The position numbers were made by a program, and so were the translations under genes. The notes below the pieces were generated by a model. The model was not told the origin of the DNA and did no database searches. It saw nothing but the letters and a program-made list of their open reading frames with translations. Positions 28,152-41,009 of a DNA stretch of 64,000 bases are shown here, piece after piece; positions within the stretch are counted from its first letter, which is position 1, and the number at the start of each line of letters is the position of its first letter. Location: contig NC_092679.1 in NCBI RefSeq assembly GCF_964355755.1, positions 10,771,432 to 10,835,431 of the forward strand. The letters are read 5' to 3'. The stretch is from Antedon mediterranea (lineage: Eukaryota > Animalia > Echinodermata).

Positions 28152-29719
28152 TTAGTATTATAATATATTATAGATTCTCATGCTTACCAGAATAACTGTA
28201 AATGAGTTTACATTAGGCAAGGTAATTGAATAAGTTAAAATTATTTTAATTTGGTGTACAGTTTAGTGACAGAAAGTGAGGAAATTCTATAATTCAGTAT
28301 CCAAGACAAGGTTACAGTATCAATATCACTTAAGGAATTATAACACAGAGAATCATTCTAAGATTCCATATTGAGGTGGTTAGTAAAGTAATTTTTCTTC
28401 GAACCTGTAAGCCAATTCAATATTGATTCATGGGAAGCAGAGAGGCAATAAGCAAACTTGTTAATTAAATCAACACATTCATCTGGGTCCCATGGTCTTA
28501 TTTTTTAATCATACTTGATTGGCTTTGTGTTCACAAAAAGTATGGTCACTGAACTGAATACAACAAACAAGACTTTATCAAAATCCTTTGTAAGTCATCC
28601 AAACTATTGTCTCATATTTTAAAATTTTAAAATTGTATATCTTCTGCCATATTTTATTGTTATGCAATTGTTTGATTTGTATGTTTATGCTGTTTGTTGT
28701 CATTGTCTACGCTGTTCTTTAAATTAAATTAAATTAAGGTAATTTTTCTTTTGACTTTATGGGCTATCCTTGAATGATTTACTTAGACTCTACAGACTTT
28801 ATCCGCAAAATTAACCACACCATCCCAAAAACCTTGGTAGTCCCTATCACTGAATTAAACTGAGTTAATTTATCAGCTCTCAGTTGTTGATCATTCTGTT
28901 TACACGTGCGTAACGCCAACTTACAACGAGAACGAGACAATTTTTAACATAATGAAACAAAGGCCCATTTCTGTGTTTGCCGTTCTCCATAATAAAAATG
29001 CATCACGAGCAACATAATGCATGTCAGAAACATAATCATTCCAGCCCGTCACAATACATTCACTAGAAGCACGTTTTTAAGGCAAGCAACAATATCATTA
29101 TGCAGGTCATAAATAGCAAGACGGTGACACATTTTAACATTACTAAGTAAATTGCCCCTAAAATCCCCAAATTCGATGCCTGGAAGTACCAGTGTGGTGT
29201 CCCCTAAATAGGGATGTCAGATGGAAGAGAAAAAGCTATAATTTTCTTTTCACATTTTTTTCTTTTTCATTCTTTTTTTCGTATTTATATGGTGTTTGAT
29301 TATTATAATATATCACAAACTTGTGTAAAAACAATCAACAAGTCGTACTGTGCATCAGTCTCGTGAATAAATAAAGTTTATATATTACATAGCCTATGTA
29401 AATACGTGAACTACTGGTTGAAACTGCATCACATGACTACAGCTGCGAGGATCGTAAATCCTTGAGTACGATGATATTGGCCGAGTAATTTTCGCGTAAT
29501 TATCGTGTCCCTGTCATTAAACATATAAAATCCAAAAAAATCTTGAGTACGATGATATTGACTGTGTAATTTTCATGTGGCAACACTCGCGTTTGGCGAT
29601 AAATAAACAAAAGTCATCTACTGGGACTTGAACTCGCGATGAATTGTCACTCCATAACAAGACAACGCTTCATCCGATGCTCCACGCAACTTGCTTGAAG
29701 AAATTAATCAACTAAACTA

Positions 29720-29803
29720 TTGACATCCACTCGGGTATGATATTATGTTCTCGGGGAAATATATATTTCCTCGAACATAATATCATTTTCTTGGGGATGT
29801 CAA
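29720..29803. repeat. Long imperfect palindrome near the end of an unclassified element (about 29380-29845)
   Basis: ttgacatcc..atgatattatgttc..ggaaata/tatttcc..gaacataatatcat..ggatgtcaa. Confidence 0.75.
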
Positions 29804-30165
29804 ATCTTATATTTATCCTCTAAGCAGTCAATATCTGTATAATATACAGTATACTGTACGTAAAAAGTTCTGTTAAATAAAATGGATTGGAAGGCAATAT
29901 TAAAGCAAACAATCTTGTCTGCCCTCCTAAATACTGTCCTGTCATTGGCTAATTTATACTGTTGTCTTTATATTATTAGATGTGAAACTCAACTAAAATA
30001 ATTCCTGCAAACTTACTGATTACTTCTTTTATTAATCAAATTTGAAGTTGTGGTTTTAACTACAACTTCAAGTTATAGCTCGAACTATTGTAGGACTAAA
30101 ATTTGGTTACAGAATATAGCTGTTAGTATGGTTTTGTCACCTTTTTAAAGTGTAAATTAGTTTAA

Positions 30166-31019
30166 AGCCTCATTCGCACTGGACTTAATCCGGTCAAATT
30201 TTAGAGTGAGATCTTACCGAGGTCACGGATAACTTTTTCGGTAACTCTTACCGTCGTTCGCACTTGGACTAATTACACTCGGTAAGTCTCCCCGTCAGCT
30301 AGCGTCAAACTTACTGAGCCATAGAAAGTAATTGTTGAGGGCGCTAAATAGTGACCCTCTACTTCCGCTTTAAGCAAGCGCGCATCCACAGCATGCAGAA
30401 ACCGAAAATAAAAAGCGCGAAGTTGACATTTTCACCAAGCAGCTCCTTCCGCGAACACATAACATATAATGGCCGAGACAAAAAAAAGAAAAACGGGAAC
30501 CGTGAAATGTCTTCATCATCGGGCCTAGCTCTAGCCCTTTGATGTTGACGAGAAGGATGTTGGATTCAATTGTTGTTAGGCATCAACAAGTTGTTCAAAA
30601 TGTCATACAAATCAGCCATGCTGCACAAATGCAGGCAACCTACAGTAGACACGATGAAAGCAAACAAAATTGTGTAATGATGAGCAGAATAAAAGTAGTA
30701 TAAACAATCAAATGCCAAAACCCAGAAAGAACAACAAAGAGAAAACGCGCGAATTGTTAGGTCACATTGATTATACGCATGCGTCATTGCCCAGCAGAGC
30801 GATAAAGGACACCCAATTGCGATCAAGCTGGACTTTCTAGGCCGGTAACTCTCACTCTGTCAGTCTTCCTGAGACAATCTCACTCCGGAGGATTGACCGG
30901 CCGCGACGGTAAGTTTTACGGAGTGAGGCTTCCTGGGCTGTTCGCACTTGGATTTTTTCCGGTCAAATCGTTTGACTCTCTGTTAGTTTGACCGGATTAA
31001 GTCCAGTGCGAATGAGGCT
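30166..31019. mobile_element. Young PIF/Harbinger MITE (854 bp)
   Basis: Perfect 33-bp TIR AGCCTCATTCGCACTGGACTTAATCCGGTCAAA with TAA TSD. Confidence 0.92.
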
Positions 31020-31034
31020 TAAAAAACTACCATA

Positions 31035-31571
31035 TGGTCTGTGTCTGCTGCAGAGCACCAATAAACTGATTATTTAAAAAATGCAATTCTTATATTGACT
31101 GCATTTCTGCTCAATTTTTGTTCCAAAATAACCTTTTAAATCAGTGGGTGGTCGTGGTCGACAAAAAGAAAAAGAGATTTACCTAAAATTGCAATTGGTC
31201 CTGGTGGTTAATTCAAACGTTACTGTAGTGACATAAACATCATGATCTTACCGAAGGATAAAGACAGAGCTACGGTTATCATGAACACCATGATGAAAGA
31301 TGGGGTGTGTACGAAAAACTTAAAAAGGATCCTACTGTAGTGAAGTTGATTGAAAGTCAGCAGCTGTCAATAAATAAACGTTATTTCGTGTTGCAGCTAA
31401 AAATTGCTCAGTGATAACCGGTTAAATGGCATTCTAACACCAAATTGAATGGGTGTTTTTTAACCGGTTATTTTGTGTTGCCTTTTAACCGGTTACCACA
31501 AAAAAGAAAATGGAGTTAATTTATTCACAGCGTTTTTTAACCAGTTATTTTTATGCAGCAGAAACAGGCCC
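31035..31571. mobile_element. Harbinger-like MITE of the GGGCCTGTTTCTGCTG family
   Basis: ggtctgtgtctgctgca / tgcagcagaaacaggccc ends and AACCGGTT motifs. Confidence 0.65.
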
Positions 31572-32014
31572 ACAGTCAATTTCAGATTGTTATGTTAGCT
31601 ATATACAGTGGGTATTGGGTAAGGGCAGTGATTAATTTATAGTAAGGAAAAAGTAAATAGAAATAGATTAGTACAAAGTTTATGCTTAAAGCACAGGCAT
31701 TTGCTTGCATACAAAAAGATCAAACACAAGAGATTGTGGTCTGACCTCACTAACAGAAGATCTTTGTTCTTTGTGGTAAAAATCTTTTAGTCACCATTCT
31801 TTTTCAGGCTGTTTCAGTCACAGACCCAAGCACTTCAGAAACTAATTTAATAAAGTATTTTGATAATCTCAATCAGCTATCTACCGAAGTATGCTTAATA
31901 TATTGATTACTTTCCCATTTCTTAGCTCAGCCCCAACTATAGAGCTAGTCATGGATACTTATACATTTAGTTTCATATAAGTATAATACAGTCAGTGCAT
32001 TGTCTGGGGACATG

Positions 32015-32183
32015 CAGTACAGATAACAAATACTGCAACATTTGGGCGCGTAGACTATGTTTCGTACGCGTGGCAACTTTGTAGGTTTTGCGTGGCGTAA
32101 TCTACGCAAGCTAACATGCTACGCGTAGTCTACGAAGCGATAGCTAGGAGGGGAAATCCCAATGTTCAGATTATTGTGTACTG
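32015..32183. mobile_element. Short Tc1/mariner-like MITE related to 47751-48667
   Basis: CAGTACA...TGTACTG ends and shared ctacg(a/c)aagctaaca motifs. Confidence 0.55.
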
Positions 32184-35100
32184 TGCTGCATACACCACAC
32201 ACGGAATTAGTTAACAAATTTGAATACTAGTTTTCATCAAATTTAAAATGCGAATTACTTACTCACTGTGAAGTAATAATAAATGTATTAATATTAGTGT
32301 ACATCTACAGTATCGGCCAACGTACGTTAACGACGGCGGTCGTTGTCTGTTTGTGTCAAATGGGTTACCTACTGACAGTAGGTATCCCAATGAAGCGGAT
32401 TTTCGTTACCGCGATTTTAACACGTTCGTGAAATTTCAAAAAGTGACGTGTCTTTGAAGTTAAAAATATACTATTTCTTATATACCCATGTGAATAAAAA
32501 TTATATGTCTGGAAAGATCTTGTTTAAGGGATTATTTTCATATATTTTTAATCTATGTTTATTAAATATTTTAATAGAAAACTCGAGTTAAAAATGAGGT
32601 ACAAAAGCCAGCGAGCCGAAATCCGTGCGCTAAAAATAACTTTGGAAAACACCTACCCATTTTCAAAACACGATCGCACGAGGTCCATAATACTAGGTGG
32701 TGGAGTAATTTTTGTTGCATGTTATCAGGCTTTAAATACTCTTTATTTTGATAGGTAAATCGGTTATTATTTTTATGTACATCCGCCTCAAATGTCAATT
32801 TTAACGATAACAATTTTTTAGTCTTTGTCAAAATCTGGCTAATTTAGTATTGAATTAAAGTCAATTTATATTTCTGTTTGATAAACCACATCGTTTTATT
32901 TGACTTTGCGTGGACCTCGTGCGAAGAGGCCAACAAGACCAACCACTGCAAAAAAATAATCCCTATCATAAATATCAGTGTTTACCATTTTCCTTACGGG
33001 GGGGATTCAGTTCTCCGCTTATTACTAAATTACCGTCGCCCAGACAATGTGCATGGTATGCATGTATTAGCGCGTTAATTAATGATTGGATAACCCCCGC
33101 AGTGGACTGTTCCATTTTCTGAACTAGTCTTCGCCGCACACGAGGCATGTCGAAAAATGTCGCCTCTCATGGAATATTTGCTTCGAAACGTCAATTTTAC
33201 CGATTTATTAAATTATTTAATAAGTGGAATATTTATAAATCTACTATATAAAGCAAGTACGTTAGGAAGAAATGTACCGAAGAAATTTAAGAAGCTTTGA
33301 ATTTGCTATGCAGCGGCCGTAAGCCATTCTATGTAGGCGGCCGAAACGCGCTTTGGCCAGGGTTGCCGTTGTATGTATACGCTGTTTCTAGGCCTAAATT
33401 TTATTCCATATATTTCAATTCAAAGTGCAACTTTCGGTTAGAATAATCGAAAGGGAAATAAAATTAAACATGTTACCATTATACCATTGAGGTAATTATT
33501 TGTTAAAATGGACCTGAAATGGATTTTCGATTTTTTTCATTTTAGAATGATGTTTTGGGGGCTATTAGGTGTTGCTAGAATGTATATTGTTACAAAATAT
33601 AAATTGGCCCTTTTGGGGAAAGCCCCATTTGAAAATCAAAAAAATTCGCGGGTGACGTCACTTTGCGAATATATTTCCTATCCCTCCAATGGAAAATTTG
33701 CAGTTTTTTGGCTATAACTCTTGAAATCTATGGAGTATTTTCTAAAAAATGCTTGTGCATTTGCAGAAACGTATTTAGAATTTTTTTAGATAAAATTATT
33801 ACCGAATAAACGGTTATTCATCGAGTAAATGACGATTTAAAATCTTAAAATCAACGTTTTTTTTTCTGGCAATACCGAAGTTGGCCTGGCAACGTTGTCC
33901 GGGATACAGCTCCGTGCGCAATGATGCGTATCCATATTTTCCGTTTGTGTATTTTGTATATCGTTCGTAATTTATACTGCTAAAATGTGTTAGATTCTTT
34001 AGTTTTTAGTTTAGCAGAATTAAATTAGTAATATGAGATGTTAATTTATTTGTCACGAATCAGGCAGTTCAAAAACGAATTTTATTCATATTTTACTTTG
34101 GCTTGACAATGAGCGCAGCAAGTTGTTGATATCGCTTTGGTCCTTGGATGCACATGAAACGGAGCCTCGCCGCATGATGTGGGTGGTGGATCGACTCCGC
34201 GCGCTGGATTGGGGGCCTAGTAAAGGTTTGGGAGGTAGGCCTTCTAAATTTGGGTTTTAGAACAAACGAAGTACATTTTAGGGACCTATATTTCAACAAC
34301 ATTAGATATTGAATAAATTAGTATTAGTGTCAACGCTTCGCGTATCTTTCCAGGCCGTCGATCATTCACTGACTATCGGGCGGCATACACGCTCTGGATA
34401 TCATCGTGTGTATGTGACATCGTGAATATAGAGGCTTCCGACGGCCGTTGAAATGGAATATTGCAATGGCGTGAGTAATTTTCGCTAATTTACCATGGTA
34501 TCTTAAAATTTCGTTTTTACTCAAAATACTATACATTTTGTTTTTATTTGTATGGGTTTGTGTTAATTTGATACATTTAAATAACATGTGTGAATTTCTT
34601 GAAAATCGAAAGTCCATTTCAGGTCCATTTTAAATTTAAAATTTCTTTCCGATATTTCTTAGGCAGAATTTAGCGTCAGGCTTTTAGACCTAGGCCTATA
34701 TAACTTAAGTTGTAGGCACGACCGAGTCTACGTTCGGCCCGGCGCTCGAAATGGATTAGAACACATAATAAGCACGGGCTTAATTCTTATTTTTGGCGGT
34801 TCGAAAATCAATTAAAATAATATAAGATTATAAATATAAATTTAAATACTAGAATTATAAAAAAAATGTATACTTACGAAAAATAATATTTAATGTCAAT
34901 AGACCAAAGGGTGATAGCGGGGATTTGATTGATGCGCATGTGCAGAGGTGTCATAATCAAATAAAAACGCCCACACCTAGACCACATGTTTTTTAAGCTC
35001 CTTTATTTTGACGTAATTTGATAACAATGATGAAAATTGATTAGGTAAACGAGCCAAGCAATAATGACACAATAATTAATTGGTAACATTTCAAAGTTTA

Positions 35101-37055
35101 TTAACACTAGTTAAGTCAAGTTCATTCCGTTTACGTTTTGCCATAATGATTTCCAAATTTATAATGATGCACAATTGTGAATTTAACAATAATTTAAACA
35201 AAACGAAGACACAAAGTGGAATGTAAATTGAACTTTATTAAAAAACAATTCATATGCTAAAAACAATAGACATTAAGACATAGCGCTTCGATGTGAAAAA
35301 GCCCACCGCAGTTCGATACGCAACAAAGCAATTGCCACCTCGTGAGTTAACAATGAACTGACCTGTCAATCACAGTGTAGCGCTCCATGGCAACATTATT
35401 TGATCGTACCGCGAAACGTCGCGCACTTCATGCATGGTCAGAGTATGGTTAAAAGCTTTTGTACATTGTGAATGTATTGAATCCGAGTCAGATACGACGA
35501 TGTTACGTTGTTTTCGTAAATATTTGTTGTTTTTTAACTGTCAGTCCGGTTTTCAGACGCTAATTTTCGTGTTTTGTACTTCATAATTTGTCCGGATTCC
35601 GGAATTGGGTATTCCGGTTTTCATAATAAATTACAGTACATTTAGAATAGGGACAAATTGGGCCCTCCAAAAAAGTCCGGTTTTTCGTGAATTCCGGTTT
35701 TGGGAGAGTCCGGTATTTGGAGAGTTGACTGTAGCTATTCTCTATGTCAAAGGTCAATAACTTTGCTTCCGAACATTTTTTAACAAAATATTGCATTACA
35801 ATAAATATAAATATATAAGGTCTGAGCAATTTGAGACCATTTTTTAATTTCTATGACCAGCCATTTTTAAGATACAGTACGAGTCATGGTCAATAGTACA
35901 GAAAAAAAGCATTTCCGGTTGCATTTAGTAAAAATGTTCTATTACAACGAATATAAATATTCCGAGTATTTTGATACCAATATCTTGTCAATAGACCAAA
36001 TGGTAATGGAGATATGGTCATTTGGTCGCCCTTTTGAATTTGGGGCTGTTACCATGGTTACGGGATCGTGAAAATTTGTTACCTAGCATTTTTGGTATCC
36101 TAGCACCATAATAAAGTAAAATCAAGTGAAATCTCACTTTGGGCATTAAAATCCTACGGAACCCCTATTTTCATACACGAGGAACCTGACTATATGGCCA
36201 GTTGAAGTTAAAAAGTAGTTTTTAAATTTCTTTAGTCAAAGTTATACAAATTTCAAAGAGCACGCATTGCGCGCTTCTACGTGTCAAATTCTCTTCCAAT
36301 CCTTATATTTATTTGCTCAATTCATTATCTTTCGAAATTGTCATCTTCGAGTTTATTTTGATAATTCCATCATACCAAAAAATTAGAACATGATGTGGGT
36401 CCCGTAATTTCACCTATGCTACACTGTATATAGATATACATATTATATTGTATATGACACATAGGTACAACTCAGCGCTATAAGTGTATGCAGCATGTCA
36501 TAGGATGGCGTACATCAACTTTTTACGATCGTATGTTAACGTACATGCATGTTTAAAAAATGTTAATTTCATTAAAATGATAAAATGATCACCTATAATT
36601 CGTCAAAGTGACGAATTAAATTCTAGTTTATTTGTTAATGTTATGCACAAAATAATATAAAAATGTTTGAACTCCTTTTTTTTCATTTAGTTTAGTTAAT
36701 TCTGATTTTTCAGACTTCTTTCTACTGTAGTGTATGACTTCTAGTATTGTCCCCACATAGACTCAATAGGAAGTTAGACTCATTTACCAGGAAGGATGTT
36801 TGTATTAAAAACCAGCAAGGACAGTTTCCGTTTGAAGTCCTCGTTTTGATCAAATACACAAAAATGCTAATAAATAGAAGATAAAGATATATACAACACA
36901 CCTAAAAAATGTTGTAATGTTGCACCTTGAGAATTTTGTATTAGTCACAGCATTCATCTGCTTGCCATAAATACATTGTAATTATTTATAGAAAACAATG
37001 GTGTATAGGGAAAAATAACTTAAAATATTGATTTTAAAAATATGGTTATACTTAC

Positions 37056-37227
37056 TGGGGCACATACATCTGTATTTTGCGTTGCTCGAACCCAATATTC
37101 ACATTTTTTTGAGACGTCATCAAATACATGTTTATAAATGCCAACAGTGCTAAGTCCTCCTTCAAGTGGTATCCACATACCATCAGTTGGTATCATTACC
37201 TGGGCTTTCACTCGAACCATTGACTCT
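37056..37227 (-). CDS. SPRED: SPRED exon 2, N-terminal half of EVH1 domain
   Basis: Acceptor ttttttttcag and donor CCA|gtaagt. Encodes ESMVRVKAQVMIPTDGMWIPLEGGLSTVGIYK...DVCAP, similar to SPRED1 [29 protein letters not shown]. 172 nt, phase 2 to 0. Confidence 0.9.
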
Positions 37228-38975
37228 CTGAAAAAAAAACCACATACTTATTTTCTACAGATACACAGAACATTTCATTCAGGTAGATTCCTTCCATTAC
37301 TATGTTGTTCCTAAAGCATACTGGAGAAAATGCTTCATGGAGCATACTATGTTAAAAGATGACCACTGTACAGTAATCGTAGAATTTTATGCTATGACAA
37401 TTACGAATTCGTTTGCATCGTTTACTGAATAAGAAACAAATAGTACATTCGGTAAACGGTTTGAACATTTTGTAATACATTATATGTTATTTGTGTTTCT
37501 GTTGTTTTCAATTCAGGGGAGCCCGAATGAATTTTTTTTTCAGCGACAACACACGGTATAATGTAGTACAGTAGAGTACGCGGTGCAGTAATGATTTTGT
37601 CTTTTTTTTTTTTTTAATTAAAATACTTTTATTATAAAAAAAATATGGTATAATCATGTCTGATCTAAATATTTAAAATAAAAAATGTTCCCACGGTCTT
37701 GCACATTTTTCCACGGTCCCAGCTTTACTGCATGGTCCTAAAAAGGGTTTATACTTAAATGTATTTTTATTTAAAATAAACCTCACACTCACAGCCCCTA
37801 AAATTTTGAACAAAAAGGAGGCATGAAAAAATTGATGTTTTTAGTTTCTTCTAAATCTAAAGGTTAATTTTAGTGTTTCTTGTGTTATGTTTCATTGTAT
37901 TGAATATAATAAATATTCATATGGTAAGTATCGATCAATGTTCAATATATGCTTCTGGCCTCCTCGCGTTCGCCTGGCCATCGATCATGCTCAAAAGATA
38001 AAACTGTCACTGCAGTCTAAGTAGAATAGGAATCAACAACATTGAACATATTACAATGATTGAAATTTTTTTTACCCATTTTACTCACAAAATCATGCAA
38101 AAACATTTTAATAAATAATACTTCATTTCAAAATCTACTGTTTACGTCTGAAATTCTTTACATTGATCCTGCTTAGGCCTAGGGCCCACATCGGCGACTT
38201 TTTCGCAAATCCACAAGATTATGCATAAATGAACATCCGTAGGGAGCGTTAGTGCGTTAACCGCTGTAAACTTTGTGTTTACTGCGTTACACAAAGTAAT
38301 ATAATTTTGACACGGCCCCTAAATACTTTTATTGTTTCCTTTATCCATCCTTTTTTTTAACGTAATACTTCACAAAGAGAGCAACTGTATTATAAATCAT
38401 TCAATTATTTTTAACGAACAACAATAAAACATTAGATAGTAGTAGTAGTACTGTAACAAATTGTAAACTAGTAATAATAACAATTAACATGAATGATGCT
38501 GTGCATTACATAAAGGTACAGTAAACCCCAGACTGTGCTACAATTTTGCATGAAATTGGGGTATTGCTAAAACAAGCACGAATGTGCGATACTCGGGGTA
38601 CAGCAAAAGAAGCTGTAATGACGTCATAAGACCGGATGTAACGTCACACATACACATCAATAACCTCGCTACCAAATACCATCTTCGAGACATCATATGG
38701 CTGCATCCGGTTTGAAAATAAAAAATCCGGCTCTATGGCTTTGAGGACATGTCCCTGTAGTATTCATGCCAAATCCCAGCTCAATACTACATCGAATAAG
38801 GGAGGAGTAGTACTTTATAAGTCGTACTTATACTCAATAGTGTCCGGATGGAAGAAGAAGAGGAAAAGATGAGAGAGTCCTAGTCTCAGGTACCCCAAGT
38901 AATAAAACGAGATATACTCTACCGGTATATCATATTACGTATACAGTATATTTCACCATAAGTTTAAGAAAAATA

Positions 38976-39016
38976 GGTTTCGCCAGGGCTCGAACCAGGT
39001 ACCTTCTTACGAAACC
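38976..39016 (-). pseudogene. Internally deleted tRNA-Val-like copy
   Basis: Acceptor stem GGTTTCG/CGAAACC and B box GGTTCGAGCCC are retained. D and anticodon arms are deleted. Confidence 0.65.
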
Positions 39017-39213
39017 TCTTGCACCAAAAATGTGGGTTACAAAAAGTTTTTTAAGCCATTTAAATTACAAATAAATATGGTAATTAAGCACAAAGCAAAA
39101 TAAACATGTGTAAAAGTGATAATTACCGATTACACAAAATAAGTATTTAAAAAAGATATACTGTATATCATATTGCATATACAGTACTTTTCACCATAAA
39201 GTTTAAAAAAAAA

Positions 39214-39285
39214 GGTTTCGCCCGGTCTCAAACCGGGGACCCTCTGCGTGTTAAGCAGAAGTGATAACCACTACGCCAAGAATCC
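39214..39285 (-). pseudogene. tRNA-Val(AAC)-like copy, probable pseudogene
   Basis: 72 nt. GTAGTGGTTATCAC, anticodon arm TCTGC-TTAACAC-GCAGA, T arm CCCGG-TTTGAGA-CCGGG, mismatched acceptor stem, followed by a T-run. Confidence 0.8.
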
Positions 39286-39774
39286 ACATATAACAACACA
39301 ACGCTGTGGTGTGTGTAACACATTGTGGCTTTTTAATTAAACAAATTAATTAACAAACAAGCACGAATGTGCGATACTCGGGGTACAGAAAAAGAAGCTG
39401 TAATGACGTCATAAGACCGGATGTAACGTCACATACACATCAATAACCTCGCTACCAAATACGGCTATACGGTACCATCTTCGAGACGTAAAAATAGCTG
39501 CATCCGGTTTGAAATTTTAAAATCCGTCTCTATAGCTTTGAGGACATGTCCCTGTAGTAGGCCTATATTCATGCCAAATCCCAGCTCAATACTACAACGA
39601 ATGGGAGGAGTAGTACTTTATAAATCGCACTTTTTACTCAATAGTGTCCGGATGGAAGAAGAAGAGGAAAAGATAAGAGAGTCCTAGACTCAGGTACCCC
39701 GAGTAATAAAACGAGATATACTCTATATCATATTACGTATACAGTATATTTTACCATAAAGTTTAAGAAAAATA

Positions 39775-39846
39775 GGTTTGCCCAGGGCTCATACCAGGAA
39801 CCTTCTGCGTGTTAAACAGGCTTGATAACCACCACACTACGAAACC
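39775..39846 (-). pseudogene. tRNA-Val(AAC)-like copy, probable pseudogene
   Basis: 72 nt, GGTTTCGTAGTGTGGTGGTTATC..TTAACAC.., with a degraded B box. Confidence 0.75.
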
Positions 39847-39851
39847 TCTTA

Positions 39852-40728
39852 CCGTATTTTCCGGAGTATAGGTCGAGACTTTGTGGGAAAATTTTAATTG
39901 CAAAATCGGGGGGTCGACTTATACTCCGACCATGCGATTTTTAAAAAAAATCATGCCGAAAAAATATGTTCAAAAGCCGTCAGCTGTCAAGGCCCAGCAA
40001 GGTCAGTGGCCTATCATCAATCACTCACAAAAGTTTTCAATTTAATACCTACATTGTACAAAATAATACAACTCCAACAAGTACTGGTCAATAAAATATT
40101 AATCACAATGACTCATTTTGATGTTAATATTACGCTTTTAAGATAATTAAGAATAAATAGTTTTCTTTATGCTTCTTATTCACTCACGCAAAAACATCGT
40201 AACACACCACAGACGTCGGAATGTCCATGCAGCATGTTTGTTATTGCACGATATTTTCATCTATACACATGCGCAGTTTGTTTGTTTGTTCGTAATTACA
40301 ATTACTGCGCATGTCTATTCATAAAATAAATTCTCCTTAGTCGGGCGCGTGTACATTTACAGATAACGCGATTTACAACTACTCGCCTGTACAATTAATA
40401 AGCCTCCTAACGGAAAACTCGTTTTAATTTATTCGAGTGACGCGATAAACATCGCTGATGGCAAGTAACGCTACATCGCTGTCCTTTATTATAGGCTGGT
40501 GAAGACGGCGGCGAAGTCGTTGTCATTACGTCCGTCCGATATTGATTAGGCCTACACTTTAATAATATAAACAAACAACCACATTTCATACATTTCTAGC
40601 CCTCTTTGAACTTTAAAGTAAGTTGTGTTATTAGCCGATTTTGGGGGTCGACTTATATTCAGGTCATACCAAAATCAACGATATTCTAGGCCAAAGTTGG
40701 GGGTCGACTTATACTTGGGAAAATACGG
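39852..40728. mobile_element. pogo/Tigger-like MITE, copy A
   Basis: TA|CCGTATTTTCC...GGAAAATACGG|TA. An inverted near-identical copy lies at 49449-50418. Confidence 0.9.
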
Positions 40729-40937
40729 TACACCAAAAATGTTGGTTACACAAAGTTTTTTAATCCATTTACATTACAAATAAATATGGTAATAAGCACA
40801 AAGCAAAATAGACATGTGTAAAAGTTATAATTACCGATTACACAAAATAAGTATGTAAAAAAATAATAAAAATAAGATATACTGTGTATATCATATTGCG
40901 TATACAGTACTTTTCACCATAAAGTTTAAAAAAAAAA

Positions 40938-41009
40938 GGTTTCACCCGGGCTCGAACCGGGTACCTTCTGCGTGTTAAGCAAAAGTGAAAACCACTACGC
41001 CAAGATTCC
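40938..41009 (-). pseudogene. tRNA-Val(AAC)-like copy, probable pseudogene
   Basis: 72 nt. Intact B box GGTTCGAGCCC, TTAACAC loop, T arm CCCGG/CCGGG and a long T-run downstream. Confidence 0.8.

Noticed and set aside
30566-30826. ORF inside the 30166-31019 MITE as a transposase
   Set aside because: No DDE or other recognisable motif.
32300-36430. Probable nested transposon fragments, including an inverted pair at about 33505-33535 and 34601-34630
   Set aside because: Ends and family could not be defined by eye, so it was not annotated.
39214-41009. Functional tRNA-Val genes
   Set aside because: Acceptor stems are mismatched and copies differ in A/B boxes, so they are called pseudogene-like pending tRNAscan-SE.
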